Assembly (NCBI RefSeq): GCF_964194155.1
Contig: NC_135887.1
Coordinates: forward strand, 87,048,001-87,112,000
DNA length: 64,000 bases
Direction of reading: 5' to 3'
Origin: Cetorhinus maximus
Taxonomy: Eukaryota
The notes under the pieces were generated by a model. It did not search any database and was not told the DNA's origin. It was given only the letters and a program-made list of their open reading frames with translations. Of the stretch, positions 37,366 through 49,765 are shown piece after piece. The translations under genes and the position numbers were made by a program. How positions within the stretch are numbered: the stretch's first letter is position 1; every line of letters begins with the position of its first letter.

Positions 37366-37844
37366 GGAAGGAGGCCATTCAGCCCATTGTGCCTGTGCAG
37401 GTGCTTTGAAAGTGTTACCCAATTAGTCCCACTCACCTCTTTCCCCATAGCCCTGTGATTTTCTTTCCTAAAGCAATTTATCAAATTCTCATTTAAAAGT
37501 TTCTATTATATCTGCTTTTACTGTCATTTCAGGCAATGGATTCCAGATCACTACTACTTTAATCATCCAGGGCTCTGATTAAAAATGAAATTCTTTCCAT
37601 TACTGAACTGTTGTACATTTTCTCTCATTTCAGATCTCATGTTCGCATTATTTTCTTTTATTGTGATGTTAAATTCTTCCATGTTCAAGGCAACCGGCTT
37701 GCAGCTTTCATAGAAAAACAAACCAAATTGTGGAATGTGATCCCGATGCTGGTGAAAAATCTCAAGAGTTGCACATATTGAAGGCGCAATTGAATTGGGA
37801 TTGCACAGAATGATTTTTTTCCCCTTTCATATCAGAAAAAGGGA

Positions 37845-39175
37845 CAGGAGTAGGCCATTCAACCCCTTGAGCCTGTTCTGCCATTCAGCTCAATCATGGC
37901 TAATCCTGTAATTTATCTAGAATCATTTTGGTTGTTTAATTCTTTACTAACAGAAAACCATCAATCTCAGTTTTAACGTTTTCAATTGACCCAGCATCCA
38001 CAACTTTTTGAAGGAGAGTGTTTCCGATTTCTATTACCCTTTTCTGAATATACTGGTTCTTATTTTGCAGATTGTGTCCTCCTTGCTTTGGATTCCCCCA
38101 CAGAAGAAAAACCTTCTCCATATCTCCCCTATTGAATTTCTTAATTATTCTAAAGATCTTGATTAAATTAAGGCTGAACCTTTTCGATGCAAGGGAAGAT
38201 AAGCCAACTTTAGCAATATGTCCTCCAGAACTTAAACTCTTTGAGCCCCAGTACATACAACCATACGAATTAGGAGCAGGAATAGGCCGCTCGGCCCTTT
38301 GAGCCTGCTCTGCCATTCAATAGGATCACGGCTGATCTGATTGTAACCTCCCGCCTATACCCGGCAACCTTTCACCCCTTTGCTTATGGGAAGGCAGTGG
38401 CATAGCAGTATTGTCACTGGACTGGTAATCCAGAGAGCCAGGGTAATGCTCTGGGGATCCAGGTTCGAATCCCAGTGCAGCAGATGGTAGAATTTGAATT
38501 CAATAAAAATCTGGAATTAAAAGTCTAATGAGGACCATGACACCATTACCGAATGTCATAAAAACCCATTTGGTTTACTAATGTCCTTTAGAGAAGGAAA
38601 TGAGCTGTTACATGTGACTCCAGGCCCACAGCAATGACTCTTACATGAACAAGGGCAATTAGGGATGGGCAATAAATGCTGGCCTAGCTAGCGAAGCCCA
38701 CATCCCGTAAACAAATAGAAAAAAAATCAGGAATCTACCTCTGCCTTAAAGACTCTGCTTCCATTGCCTTTTGAGGAAGAGTTCCAAAGACACACTACCC
38801 TTGAAGAAAAAAAGTTCTCCTCATCTTAAATAGGTGATTCCTTATTTTTAAACAGTGACCCTAGGTTTTCCCATAAGAGGAAATGTCCTCTCCACATCCA
38901 ACCTGTCAAGACCCCTCAGGATCTTAAAGGTTTCAATCAAGTTGCCTTTTACTCTTCTAAACTCCAGTGGATACAAGCCTACCCTGTCCAACCTTTCCTC
39001 ATAAGACAACCCACTCATTCCTGGTATTCGTCTAGTAAACCTCTGAACTGCTTCTAATTCATTTATACCCTTCTTTAAATATAGAGACCAACACTGTTCT
39101 CAGGACTCCAGATATGGTCTCACCAGCGTCTTCCTATTTTTATATTCAATTACCCTCACAATAAACAATAACATT
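37845..39175 (-). mobile_element. Stacked CR1 3' fragments with a nested SINE
   Basis: Repeated CR1 termini (aggagtaggccattc.. at 37848 and 38272) and antisense RT C-terminal sequence. Confidence 0.75.
38390..38727 (+). mobile_element. tRNA-derived SINE with a family-B tail
   Basis: B box ggttcgaatcc at 38462. Tail aagggcaattagggatgggcaataaatgctggcc..cccacatcccg, then an A-rich end. Confidence 0.85.
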
Positions 39176-39176
39176 G

Positions 39177-40278
39177 TTTTTTTTTGCAAAAATATACTTT
39201 ATTCATAAAATATCTTCAATCACATTCCAAACCATTTCAAAAACACCATTACAAGGGTACAATCCAGGTTAAACTTTTACAAAATGTATCACCAGGTGCA
39301 TCAGTACAAACAATATTACAATCGTTTACAGCCTTTCATTTTGAGCTGTACAGCCCGAGGGGCTCTAAACAGTTCTCTGTCTCTCGGTGCGCTGTGGCAG
39401 AAAGGTCTTAGACAGCGACCCTTCCCCGTTGCGCCTTTGCGGCAGCTGCCCCAAGCTTTAGTGCGTCCCTCAGCACGTAGTCCTGGACTTTGGATTGTGC
39501 CAGTCCGCAACAATCGGTCGGGGACAACGCTTTGTGCTGGAAGACCAACAAGTTTCGGGCAGACCAAAGTGCGTCTTTCACCGAGTTGATGATCCTCCAG
39601 CTGCAGTTGATGTTTGTCTCGGTGTGTGTCCCTGGGAACAGCCCGTAGAGCACAGAGTCCTGTGTCACAGAACTGCTCGGGATGAACCTCGACAGCAACC
39701 ACTGCATCTCTCTCCAGACTTTCTTTGCAAAGGCACAATCCACAAGGAGGTGAACAACGGTCTCTTCCCCACCACAGCCACCTCAAGGGCAACGTGCAGA
39801 GGGGGTGAGACTCCTGGCGTGTAGGAAGGATCTGACGGGGAGGGCCTTTCTCACCACCAGCCAAGCCACGTCTTGGTGCTTGTTGGAAAGTTCTGGCAAT
39901 GAGGCATTCTGCCAAATGACTTTGACAGTCTGCTCGGGGAACCATCCCACAGGGTCCACCCTCTCCTTTTCCCTCAGGGCCTCTAGGACGTTACGTGCTG
40001 ACCACTGCCTGATGGACTTGTGGTCAAAGGTGTTTTTCTGCATAAATTTTTCCACGAGGGACAGGTGGTACGGCACGGTCCAACTTCTTGGAGCGTTCCG
40101 CGGCAGCGTGGCCAGACCCATCCTTCGCAACACCGGGGACAGGTAGAACCTCAGCACGTAGTGACACTTGGTGTTTGCATACCGAGGGTCTACGCACCGC
40201 TTGATGCAGCCACACACAAAGGTGGCCATCAGTATGAGGGCGATGTTGGGCACGTTTTTTCCCCCTTTATCTAGAGGC
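39177..40278 (-). mobile_element. Young 5'-truncated Tx1/L1-group LINE 3' end
   Basis: One reading frame broken by a single TGA (39783-39785), with the CCHC zinc finger CP*GGCGGEETVVHLLVDC and ..KDALWSARN. AATAAA and poly(A) at 39177-39205; CpG-rich. Confidence 0.85.
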
Positions 40279-40459
40279 TTAATTACCTGCTATACCTGCA
40301 TACAAGCCTTTTGTGATTCATGCACTAGGACACCCCGATCCCTATGAATCTCAGCATCATTCTGGTGACTCTGCGCAGCACCCTTTCCAAGGCCCATATC
40401 TCCTTTCTGAAAGGTAATTTTAAACCCAGTTCCTCTGTTTTTCTGCCGCTTTTACTCAC

Positions 40460-40477
40460 ACTCCGCACCACCGACAT
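40460..40477 (-). CDS. SDHAF2: SDHAF2 exon 1 coding part (MSVVRS)
   Basis: aagATG start and consensus donor |gtgagt. Phase 0 matches exon 2. Total CDS is 480 nt (159 aa). Confidence 0.8.
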
Positions 40478-40818
40478 CTTCCACCTTCTTCAAGGTAACA
40501 GCAGTTACTCTAGGTTTCCTGGAAAGTATCACTGGCGAGAGGGGCAGGAAAACAATGAAATTTGCTTCTGTAATGCGACAGCCCGCTGCTGGAGAACTAC
40601 TGTCTTGAAGGGCTCCTGTGATCCGCAGGCACGGTGAGCGGGGCGGAAGTGGGTTCCGTATGTCACTAGGAGGGCAGAAGTCGATTCCGTGTGTCAATAG
40701 TGGGGGCGGAAGTATGCCGGTGTCCGCGGACCAGAGGGTCCGTCCCTCCGATGCGGCCTGGTCCCTCCCTGAAAGGTGTCCGGGTGTTTGTCCGTATGCG
40801 CGCGGCGAGGCTGGGGGA
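40478..40818. promoter_or_regulatory. Bidirectional CpG-rich promoter and 5' UTRs of SDHAF2 and CPSF7
   Basis: The divergent ATGs are separated by 341 nt. Two GGGGCGGAAGT (Sp1/ETS-GABP-like) motifs at ~40640 and ~40703; high CpG density. Confidence 0.8.
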
Positions 40819-40872
40819 ATGGCCGAGGGAGCCGATCTGATCGACATTTACGCGGATGAAGAGTTTAATCAG
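40819..40872 (+). CDS. CPSF7: CPSF7 (CFIm59) first coding exon
   Basis: MAEGADLIDIYADEEFNQ with donor |gtgagt. It matches recalled CPSF7 MSEGVDLIDIYADEEFNQ and lacks the VG of CPSF6 YADVGEEF. Head-to-head with SDHAF2 as in human. Confidence 0.9.
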
Positions 40873-42384
40873 GTGAGTGAGTGGAAGTTTGTGGGTATAA
40901 GAGTTGTGCCGAGTTGGGGGAAGTGGAGTGATTGAGTTAAGGCCTGAGACGCAGAGTGTGGCTGGGATTTGCTGGCAGGCCTCGGGTCTTGGCTCGAATT
41001 GGAGGAACCGGGTGAACCTCTTTTCCCCGACCCATGAACTGAGAGAACCGCTGCCGGAGAATCGGAAGCTTAAAGTCAGCTCGGACTTGAGTCCTGTCTG
41101 GGACCTTTTAGAGGGGTGGGGAAAAATCCTCAAATGTTTAAGTAAATGGTCGGAATCCACTTTTGCAGAACTTAAACCCGAAGAGTGTGGGTTGGCCCTG
41201 GATCTTCTTATGTTGAAGTTTTCAAATATTTATAGAAGAAAGATTAGATCTGTCTAAACTAAAAACTATTGATGTGTTGAGGTTAGAAACGACATCTTGA
41301 TGGGTGCACTTTACTGAAATCCTATTTAAAAATAAAGTGACAGTTTAGTAAAGTGAAATTAAACATAAAATGCTGGCATTTGCAGTTGGTCCGCCGACAT
41401 CTTCGGAAGGGACAAGGTTTGGATTTTCACCTTTGCGATCTGAATGATTTGCTGATGTGTTTGTTGAACGTTTATATAGTTTCTTGGCTTCTCCATGTCT
41501 CTGGCAGCATGTTTGCATTTTAGTAAACAGTTGCCCCTGAGTGATTAATACAAACATTTATCGTTCTTTGAGAGGAAAAAAATCTAGGGATAAAAAGGGG
41601 AAAATGTGAAAATTGCAAATCTGAAATAAAATCAGAAAATCCTGCAAAATTTGCATTTTACATATTCAAGCAGTATCTGATAAGAGAAAAGCAAGTTATT
41701 GATTTGGAAGGAGACCTTTAGTTAGAAATGGAAAATAAAAGTCCCCTGACATTGTTCAATCAAAGTCAATGTAAACTCCTAAGAACATTACTCCTTTCCT
41801 ATGCACCTGCAACTCTAAATGTCCTCATAGCAACTTTAGCTGTGATCTGTTTTCATGCCAGATTCTCCTGTTCGCATTTTATTTTGCTTCTTTGCAGGTT
41901 TGAGGTGTTTTAGTTAACCTTTATACCTGCTAATGCATTTTGTTATCTCTAACTTTTCTGTTATTTACTCAAAGACTCATTGTACGCCTATCAAAAGTGG
42001 TTACCTTTTAGCAATGGAGAGGCTAAGGGTACTTTATTACTAATGTAAATCTCAATACTGGTTCCTTGAAAGTAAAATTGTCGGTGAAACAAATGGGATG
42101 AATGAAAAATGTGATGTTAAGTAATGATGGATGAAAAACATCCCATTCATAAATAATATTTAAAAATCCGAATTTTGTTTTTAATGGATCATTTTTGTTT
42201 TTAGACATTGGAAGCAAATAGTTTATCCCAATTCAGACAGTTATATGGTTCTACAATGAAAAAACAATTGAAGGTTATGAAAGTGAATACATTGCAGTGT
42301 TTCGTGAACTTTGGTATCAGCCAAATGGATCAGAATGTTTTTTCCAGTTCTGTGTATTGCTATGCTCTAAATATTTGCAATAAT

Positions 42385-44310
42385 TGAAATTGCTGAGAAA
42401 AGAGACATGTCGAAGTTTTTTGTCTTGCACTCATCAGGACACTTCGCAAGGTTACTGATATAAGGAGAAAATAACAATTTATACTCTATGTGAAGAGAGT
42501 GTTGATTGGTTGGCAAGCGTACTTTGATTGGTAGGCATTGCCCTGGAGAATGCACCAGTGGTGGTGACTGACAGTTAACTGCCAAGCATTGTTAGAAATT
42601 TAAATCAGGCAGCTTGACCCTGATTGGTTAAGGCATTATCCTGAGGAATGAGTCAGCGAATGGCTGTCACTTGCTTTGTTTAGCTGAAACAGGTGCAATG
42701 TGTGTACATGTTCCTTTTGTCGGCAAAGAACAGGGCCCTGTGTATATGTAGCTTCCAGTACATGGAAATGTGCCACACTGCAAGCCCAACTGACAGTCTT
42801 AAATTGGTTGTCAATGTAATTCTTAGCACACAGGACTTTTTAGCAAATATTGTCCAATCGCGAAATCGCATCTATTGCTGGACACTATGTTTTGAGTTTT
42901 CCAAGCACGGGCTGGCTGGGTATGGTCTGTACCTTACCCATTGCGAACAGCGGCTGGGACATGCTGTTTGATACAATCCACCAATATTTGGGATGTATGG
43001 CCTACATATGTAGCATCACACTGGCACTGAAATTCATAAACCACATTACTCATTTGTGTGATAGGTAGAATGTCTTTTTGGCTTGACAGCAGCATCCTGT
43101 TAGTGGCAAATACCACTCGTTGTTGCTATTGCATAGTAGCAGTGTGAAACAGCTAGCTTCACCTGTTGCTCACATTTTTGAGATACCTTGCCCTTCCAGG
43201 GTAATTTGAAGTAGACTGGACACTTTTCAGAGCCAAAAAGTGACAGCCTTAGGCCTATTCATGAGTGTGTGATATACAGAGTGAAATGATCTGATCAGGG
43301 TAGCCATTATCCTGCAGGATGCCTTTGAAGTGCCCAATTTCAGAATCAAGCTTGCATGGTGAGCAAATGGCTCGGGCACTATTTACAAGGTTGCCAATTA
43401 AGGCCAATCTTATAGAATGTGGAACTGTAAGAATCCCAACGGGTATATTGATCAGTGAGCATAGGCTTGCAGTAGACTGTGGAAGTGACCCCCCTGGCAG
43501 ATTTCTCAACTAGTATGTCAAGGAAAGGGGAGTTTATTTGACTGCTCCATTTCAAAGGTGAATTTTCATGCAGGATGGAACCCATTAAGATTTGTAAGGA
43601 ATTATTACATGCAGCTGCAGATTTATCATCCACATATCAGAAATATGCAAGGGGTAGGAGGTTAGGTGTCATTCCATCTAAGACATGCTTCAGCAAACAC
43701 TAGCAGATCTTGTCAAACAGCATGTCCCAGCCACTGTTCGCAACAGGCAAGGCATAGACCGTACCTAACCAGGCTGTGCTTACAAAACTCAAAAGACACC
43801 ATCCAACATAAGATGTGATTCTGTGATTGGACAACATTTGTTAAATAACCCTCAGTGTGCTAAGGATTATGCTGACAACCAATTTAAGATTGTCAGTTGG
43901 GCTCGCAGTGTAGAGCATTTGTGTGTATTGGAAGCTACATATAGTAATACAGAGGGCCCCGTTCTTTGCAGACAGAAAGAACATGTACACACATTGCACC
44001 TGTTTCAGCCAAACAAAATAATTGACAGCCGTTTGCTGACTCATTCCTCAGGGTCAAGCTGCCTGGTTTAAATTTCAAACAATGCTTGGCAGTTAACTGT
44101 CAGTCATCATCACTGGTGCATTATCCATGGCAACGCCTCTACCAAACAGAATCCACTTGCCAACCAATCAGCACTCTTCACATACGGTATATATTGTTGT
44201 TTTCCCCTTACATTGGTATTCTTACGAAGTGTCCTGATGAGTGCAAGACAAAAAGCTTTGACATATCTCTTTTTTCAGCAGTGCTCAAGTTCTATACTAC
44301 CAAACGACTA
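42385..44310. mobile_element. Penelope-like element (second family) with inverted-repeat structure
   Basis: Minus-strand RT end (YVDD near 43625, PFLDILV, LQDNGYP) and GIY-YIG (SNVVYEFQCQCDATYVGHT). Segments 42385-43000 and 43700-44290 are diverged inverted copies (IGQHLLNNPQCA..LEATY). Confidence 0.85.
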
Positions 44311-44892
44311 ATAATAATTGAATACAAGCGTTCCTAAATGCAGTCGATAAACTGGGACCTCCAGTTTCCCCTTTCCTTTAAATATCTCTGTAGTCCTCTA
44401 GCTGTTTTCTCAGCAAGAAATCTAAATCTGGACATGCAATAGGTGCTTCAGTAGTGAACTAATTAGAGAATGCTAACAGAACTTTGGACTTATTTTAAGA
44501 TCAAGCTCATGAATTACATACTCTTTCAGTTCCCACACCAGGACTATCCTAGATTACATTTTTCTGCAGCCATAAAGATACATCATGGTGTCTCAGGGTT
44601 CACATACAAATTTAAATTCATGTTGACATTAATTTGTATATATTTAAAGTTGCTCATACAAACACATCTTGGTGTTCATATTTAGGATTTGTCCACCAAT
44701 TAGCAACAGTCTGTTCTAATCTTCCAGCTTGTCAAAATTCAAACAGGACAAACCAAATAATAAATATAATGGCAAATAGGACTCATCTAACTGAGCTTCA
44801 AGGGCCAGATTGTCAGGCTTGGTGGAGGAGGGGGAGTGTTGGGTACTTAGCTCTAGGCTGCAGGTTGTACATTCTTAGTCTACAGTTTGATA

Positions 44893-45026
44893 GGGTGGGA
44901 TTTTCCACACCTGCCTGCTGCCGGGATTGTCCGGTGCCGCTGCAAGTCAATAGACTTCTGGCTGGGGCACCGCCTCATCTCGCCCGCGGCAGGTCCCACC
45001 CGCAATGGGGTCGGAAAATCCCGGCC
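44893..45026. mobile_element. MITE, same family as 1195-1323 in opposite orientation
   Basis: TIRs gggtgggattttcc...ggaaaatcccggcc. Internal aagtcaatagacttctg is the near reverse complement of cagaagtccattgactt at ~1257. Confidence 0.72.
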
Positions 45027-48000
45027 ATTGACTTTGTGTATTTACTGTCTGTGCTATAGACCTTGAAAAAGGCTGAAATGAAGACATTTTTAGATTTGAT
45101 AACTCATCAATTAGTTTAATCTGCCAAAGTTTTGTGTGTGCCATATTTCAATGTTCTAGGTCTCAAATCTTCCAGAGATAAAAAGGGGAAAGTGTGAAAA
45201 TTGCAAAAAGAGAGGTTTTTCAGTCCAGGGTCTATTATAGGTTGATTTCAGTTGGTGAAGTGAGTTTGCAGATTGAGCTGGAAATTTACAGACTTCTGGA
45301 GATCCACAAATGTTCCTCACTAACAGAAATTAAATTCTAATTTATGTGAGGTGTACCTATTTACAGCAAAATTAGCGCTTGTCCTCAAAGGTACAGGCTA
45401 GATTCAACACACTCAACTGTGTGTGCTCCATGGTAAATTACATGCAGTTTACAGCATAGAAACAGGCCATTTGGCCCAACTGGCCTGTACTGGCATGCAT
45501 GCTCCTTTCACCCTATTTCATCTAGTTCGATCAATGTATTCTTCTATTCCTTTCTCCCCCACATACTTTTCTAGCATCCCCTTAAATGTATTTATGCTAG
45601 TTACTTCCTTGTATTACACATAAATAAGATATTCAAACCAACTACAGCTTCATCTAATTATTATAAACTGAGTTAGAAGGTAATTTTAAAATTAAAGAAT
45701 TAGTAAATAAGTTAACTCATTAGTTTTAAATGGAATTTTCAAAATTATTTCCAATGTATTTTTGACATTTAAATTCTTAGAGTTTAACAAAGCTACATTC
45801 TGTGTTGCTTTTATAATAAAATAGTATTATCTGGGCAATGCCACAGGAGATGTACTATATTTTATGAAAATCTTTCTAATTTCATCCATTTTGAATGATA
45901 CAGCTGGAGGAAGGATGATATTTGCTGCTTGTTGCAGGTTTGAATTCCACATAATTTGGTCCAATCTTCCTGGAATGCTTAAATTTGAATGCCATAATTT
46001 AATCCTGGAACTTTATGAACTATGTAACCAATATTTTTAGTTATTCTTGAATAGCTCAAATTATTTTTGAGTATTTAGTTTTAAGTAAATGCAGAATAAT
46101 ACAGATTGGGCAGTGGCTTTGCACAAATTGTGGCCTTGGATTAGATATCTGGTACTTAGACAGGAATACTGATTTCCCCAAGTGAATTACTGGTTAAAAA
46201 TGGCTTCTGTCATTGACTCAGCAATATTTTCTTGAGAACCCTGGGTTGTTTGGGCATGACCGTGGATCCATCATGATGTGGTCCCACTTTTTAGCAGGAG
46301 TAACTAGATAACAGTCCTGACTGGGAACTCTGGCACTGTCCTTCCCTAGCCCATGAGCACTTTTAGGCCAATTATGACTGGCCCAGTTATTTACCTGGCA
46401 CAGATCAGCTAAATCAACGTAGGACAGGGGTTGAATGCAAGATCATCTTGGTCTGTAAGGCTTCATACTACAATCATGCAGTCATGCTTTAGGGAGAGCC
46501 CTGAAATGGATGTGATAAAGTTACTGGATTCATTTTTACATTTTCAGTAGTGTTTTTGTACAATCTGTGGCTGAAGTAAGTATTTGTTTGTGGTTTGTGC
46601 AGGAAGCAGTGTTAGCTAATATTGAAGATTCTTGATTGTATTTTTGTATCTGATGATGTTTGGGATTTCCCTGTAGTGTGGCAAGGTGTCTGCTATTATA
46701 TAACTTTAGATGTGTAGTTTGTACATTTGACCATGCATTTGTAGAGTCACCATTTTTTTTGTCATGTTGACCTTGCTAACGACTTAATACATCACTGAAA
46801 TTTGGATGCAAGAAAACTTTCAACAAAGCATACTGTTTGAAGGAAGAAGAGATTTCTGTTCATTATGTGGAAAGCGTACAGATTATACTCAGACAGCAAC
46901 AGGTTCTGAGGAGCATTGTTCCTTACTTAAGACTTTCGAATTTCCATGCAGGTCTGCTTCTCCTTTTGCACCCCCCCGCCCCGCGCCCACACTTTATGCT
47001 CCATCTTTTGGTGCTGAGAATCTGGCCCCAGTAATCAAGCTGACCTAAATGGGTTAGTGAAGTTGGTCTCATCTACAGTAAAACAGCCACTTGTTTGCTT
47101 GGACTTCAGAAAATGTAATACGATCTGTGTCAGAAACTTTTGCGCTGTATCAATTTGAAATGTTACAATACCCATCGGTACCATTGAACATTCTCTTCAG
47201 AGAGACTGTAATGAGCTGTGCAATACTGGTTGTTTGCTTATCACTGGTGGTGGGAGCAGTTTGAAGTATTGTCAAAAATATTACACACAGCACTATATAG
47301 AGTGTGCTGGCTTAGAGTTCTTTTCCCCTTTTAGTATAGAAGTTTCACTATATTAAACGAACCTGATGACAGCATTGAGCATTTTGAATGTGTCTTTACT
47401 AATTTGAGTTGAGTGAGATGGGGGAAATGCCAGCTTCTGTTTGGCACTATAAGCAGAATAATATGGGCTTTGATATTTTGAGACTGTGTTGTGTTGATAT
47501 GAATTAATTTTCCTTTCCTTCAGTGAGTTCATAGTTGTGCTTACCTAAAATAATCCGAATCCTTCCTGCTCTCAAAATTCTATGTTTTACTTGGAAGTTG
47601 GAAACATTTCACCCCTGGAAACTCATAAAACAACCTTGTTAATGAGGTTCAGGGAAGTTGCAGTTATCTGACAGGTGTATTTTGCACAGGTTTTGTTCTC
47701 ATAAGTGATGTTAGTGTACCTACTATCAATGGAGCATTTCCAGGTTGCATGCAGAGTAGAGCTCTTTCTACTCTGCTGGAACCCTAAACTCTACTGCTCC
47801 AATGTGACATTTATCCATTTCTCTCACATACTGTCTGCGGCTTTTTTAAGTAAAATTCCAAATTAATACTGAATCAAGGCAATTTCATGCTGTTGTTCTG
47901 TATCTCCAAGAAGGCTGAATTTCCTGAACTCATATCACATGGTGGAACACTTAGTCTTGGGAGGAGACAGTCTGACCTTGGACTTAAATCCAGATCTCAA

Positions 48001-48319
48001 AGGTGAAAAACCAGAATGTCATCCATTGTACCACTGGTCCTGATTATAGTCCATTGTTAATGTATTTTGATGGTCACAACCTGTGTGTCTCAGCAGTCTC
48101 AAATGCAACAAATTAAATGTTAACATCATGCCTCTTTCTGGCCACTGCCCCTTGCACTGATCCATCTCCCTCTCCTCTGGAAGTCTGCAGATATCTGACA
48201 AGTTTAATACATTACTGACAGTTAAACAGATTAAATAGTTTGTGAACATTGCTGGAAATCGTACAGTAAAGTCTGAAAATGTTGCAAATGCACAGTAGGT
48301 CAGTCAGACTCTGCAAAGC

Positions 48320-48860
48320 CTCCCCATCATCTACAAGGCTCAAGTCAGGAGTGTGATGGAATACTCTCCGCTTGCCTGGATGAGTGCCGCTTTAACAACA
48401 ACTTAAGAAGCTGGACACCATTCAGGACAAAACACCCCACTTGATTGGCACCCCATTCACCACCTTAAACATTCACTCCTTCCGTCACCAAGAGGTAGCA
48501 GTGTGTACCATCTACAAGATGCACTGCACCAACTCACCAAGGATCCTTTGACAGCACCTTCCAAATCTACAACGTCTACCGCCCTGAAGGACAAGGGCAG
48601 GAGATGCATGAGAAAACAAGCTGCAAGTTCCCCTCCACGCCACACACCACTCTGGCTTAGAACTAAATTGCTGTTCCTTTACTGCCATTAGGTTAAAATC
48701 CTGGAATTCCCTCCCTAATAGCACTGCAGGTGAACCTACAACACATGCCCTGCAGCAGTTAGAAGACAACTCACCGCCATCTTCTCAAGGGCAGTTAGGG
48801 ATGGGCAATAAATGCTGGCCTAGCCAGCGATGCCCACATCCCATGAAAGATTAAAAAACA
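48320..48860 (+). mobile_element. Family-B LINE 3' end
   Basis: IYKAQVRSVMEYSPLAWMSA..KKLDTIQDK..VCTIYKMHC, then the tail caagggcagttagggatgggcaataaatgctggcc..cccacatcccatgaa. Confidence 0.85.
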
Positions 48861-49464
48861 AGTTAGCACCTGTAAAGAGAAAATACAGGTCACTGCTTGA
48901 GGATGCACCCTTCATCAGAACTGAAGACTAAAAGGCATTTTAGTAAGGCTTGAAAACAGATGAGAAGAGAGATTCAACAGTTACACCAATCATACAGAGT
49001 CAGTTAACGAATTTGCAAGTTGCCAAATAGTAAATTGTTAGATGGTGTAAAAAATCCCAGATGAGATAGTTGTTGGAGACTGAAGACTGAGAGGTCAGAG
49101 TGGAAATTGAAATGGCAAGCCAAAGGAGGCCAGACCTGCAGATAGAATGAAAATTTGAGCCATATTGAAATTTAACTGAGTGACTTCAAAATATATTTTT
49201 CTGGCTGTCCAAAAGGCTCACGAGGATTAAAATGCCACCTGATATACTACCAAAGAACCAAAACGATCTGTGTCTGTGCTCATTTATAGCATTTGCCTCT
49301 GAGTCTTGGTTGGGGACAGCAGGATAAAAATTTTAATAAGGTAGGGGAGTCATGACTTTATTTGCAAGAAAATTCTGTGAAGCTGAAAGAGCAGCAGTAA
49401 CCACTGGATTAACAAACTGACCTCCTGAAGAGGGACCTTGAGTTTTAAAGTTCTTAATTTTTTT

Positions 49465-49765
49465 TATTAGTTCATGGGATGTGGGTGTTGCTGCTTTTAT
49501 TGCCATCCCTAATTGTCCTGTTCAGAGGCAATGTGGGTCTGGAGTCACACGTACGCCAGCAGATCTCCTTCCCTAGAGGACATTAGTGAACCAGGTGGGT
49601 CTTTACGACAATCGTTTTGTGGTTTTCAGATTTCTAAATCCAGATTTATTGAATTCAAATTTCACCATCTGCCATGGTAGGATTTGAACCCGGGTCCCCA
49701 GAGAATTACCCTGGGTCTTCTGGAATACTAGATCAGTTACAATACCACTTTGCCACCACTGGTAA
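49465..49765 (-). mobile_element. tRNA-derived SINE (family of 5510 and 38390), antisense
   Basis: Reverse-complement head (ggatttgaacccgg; ccactttgccacc) and tail (ttcatgggatgtggg). Confidence 0.8.

Noticed and set aside
40452-41257. Overlapping 100-160 aa ORFs around the CpG island
   Set aside because: Expected from high GC content. Only 40460-40477 (-) and 40819-40872 (+) have homology and splice support.
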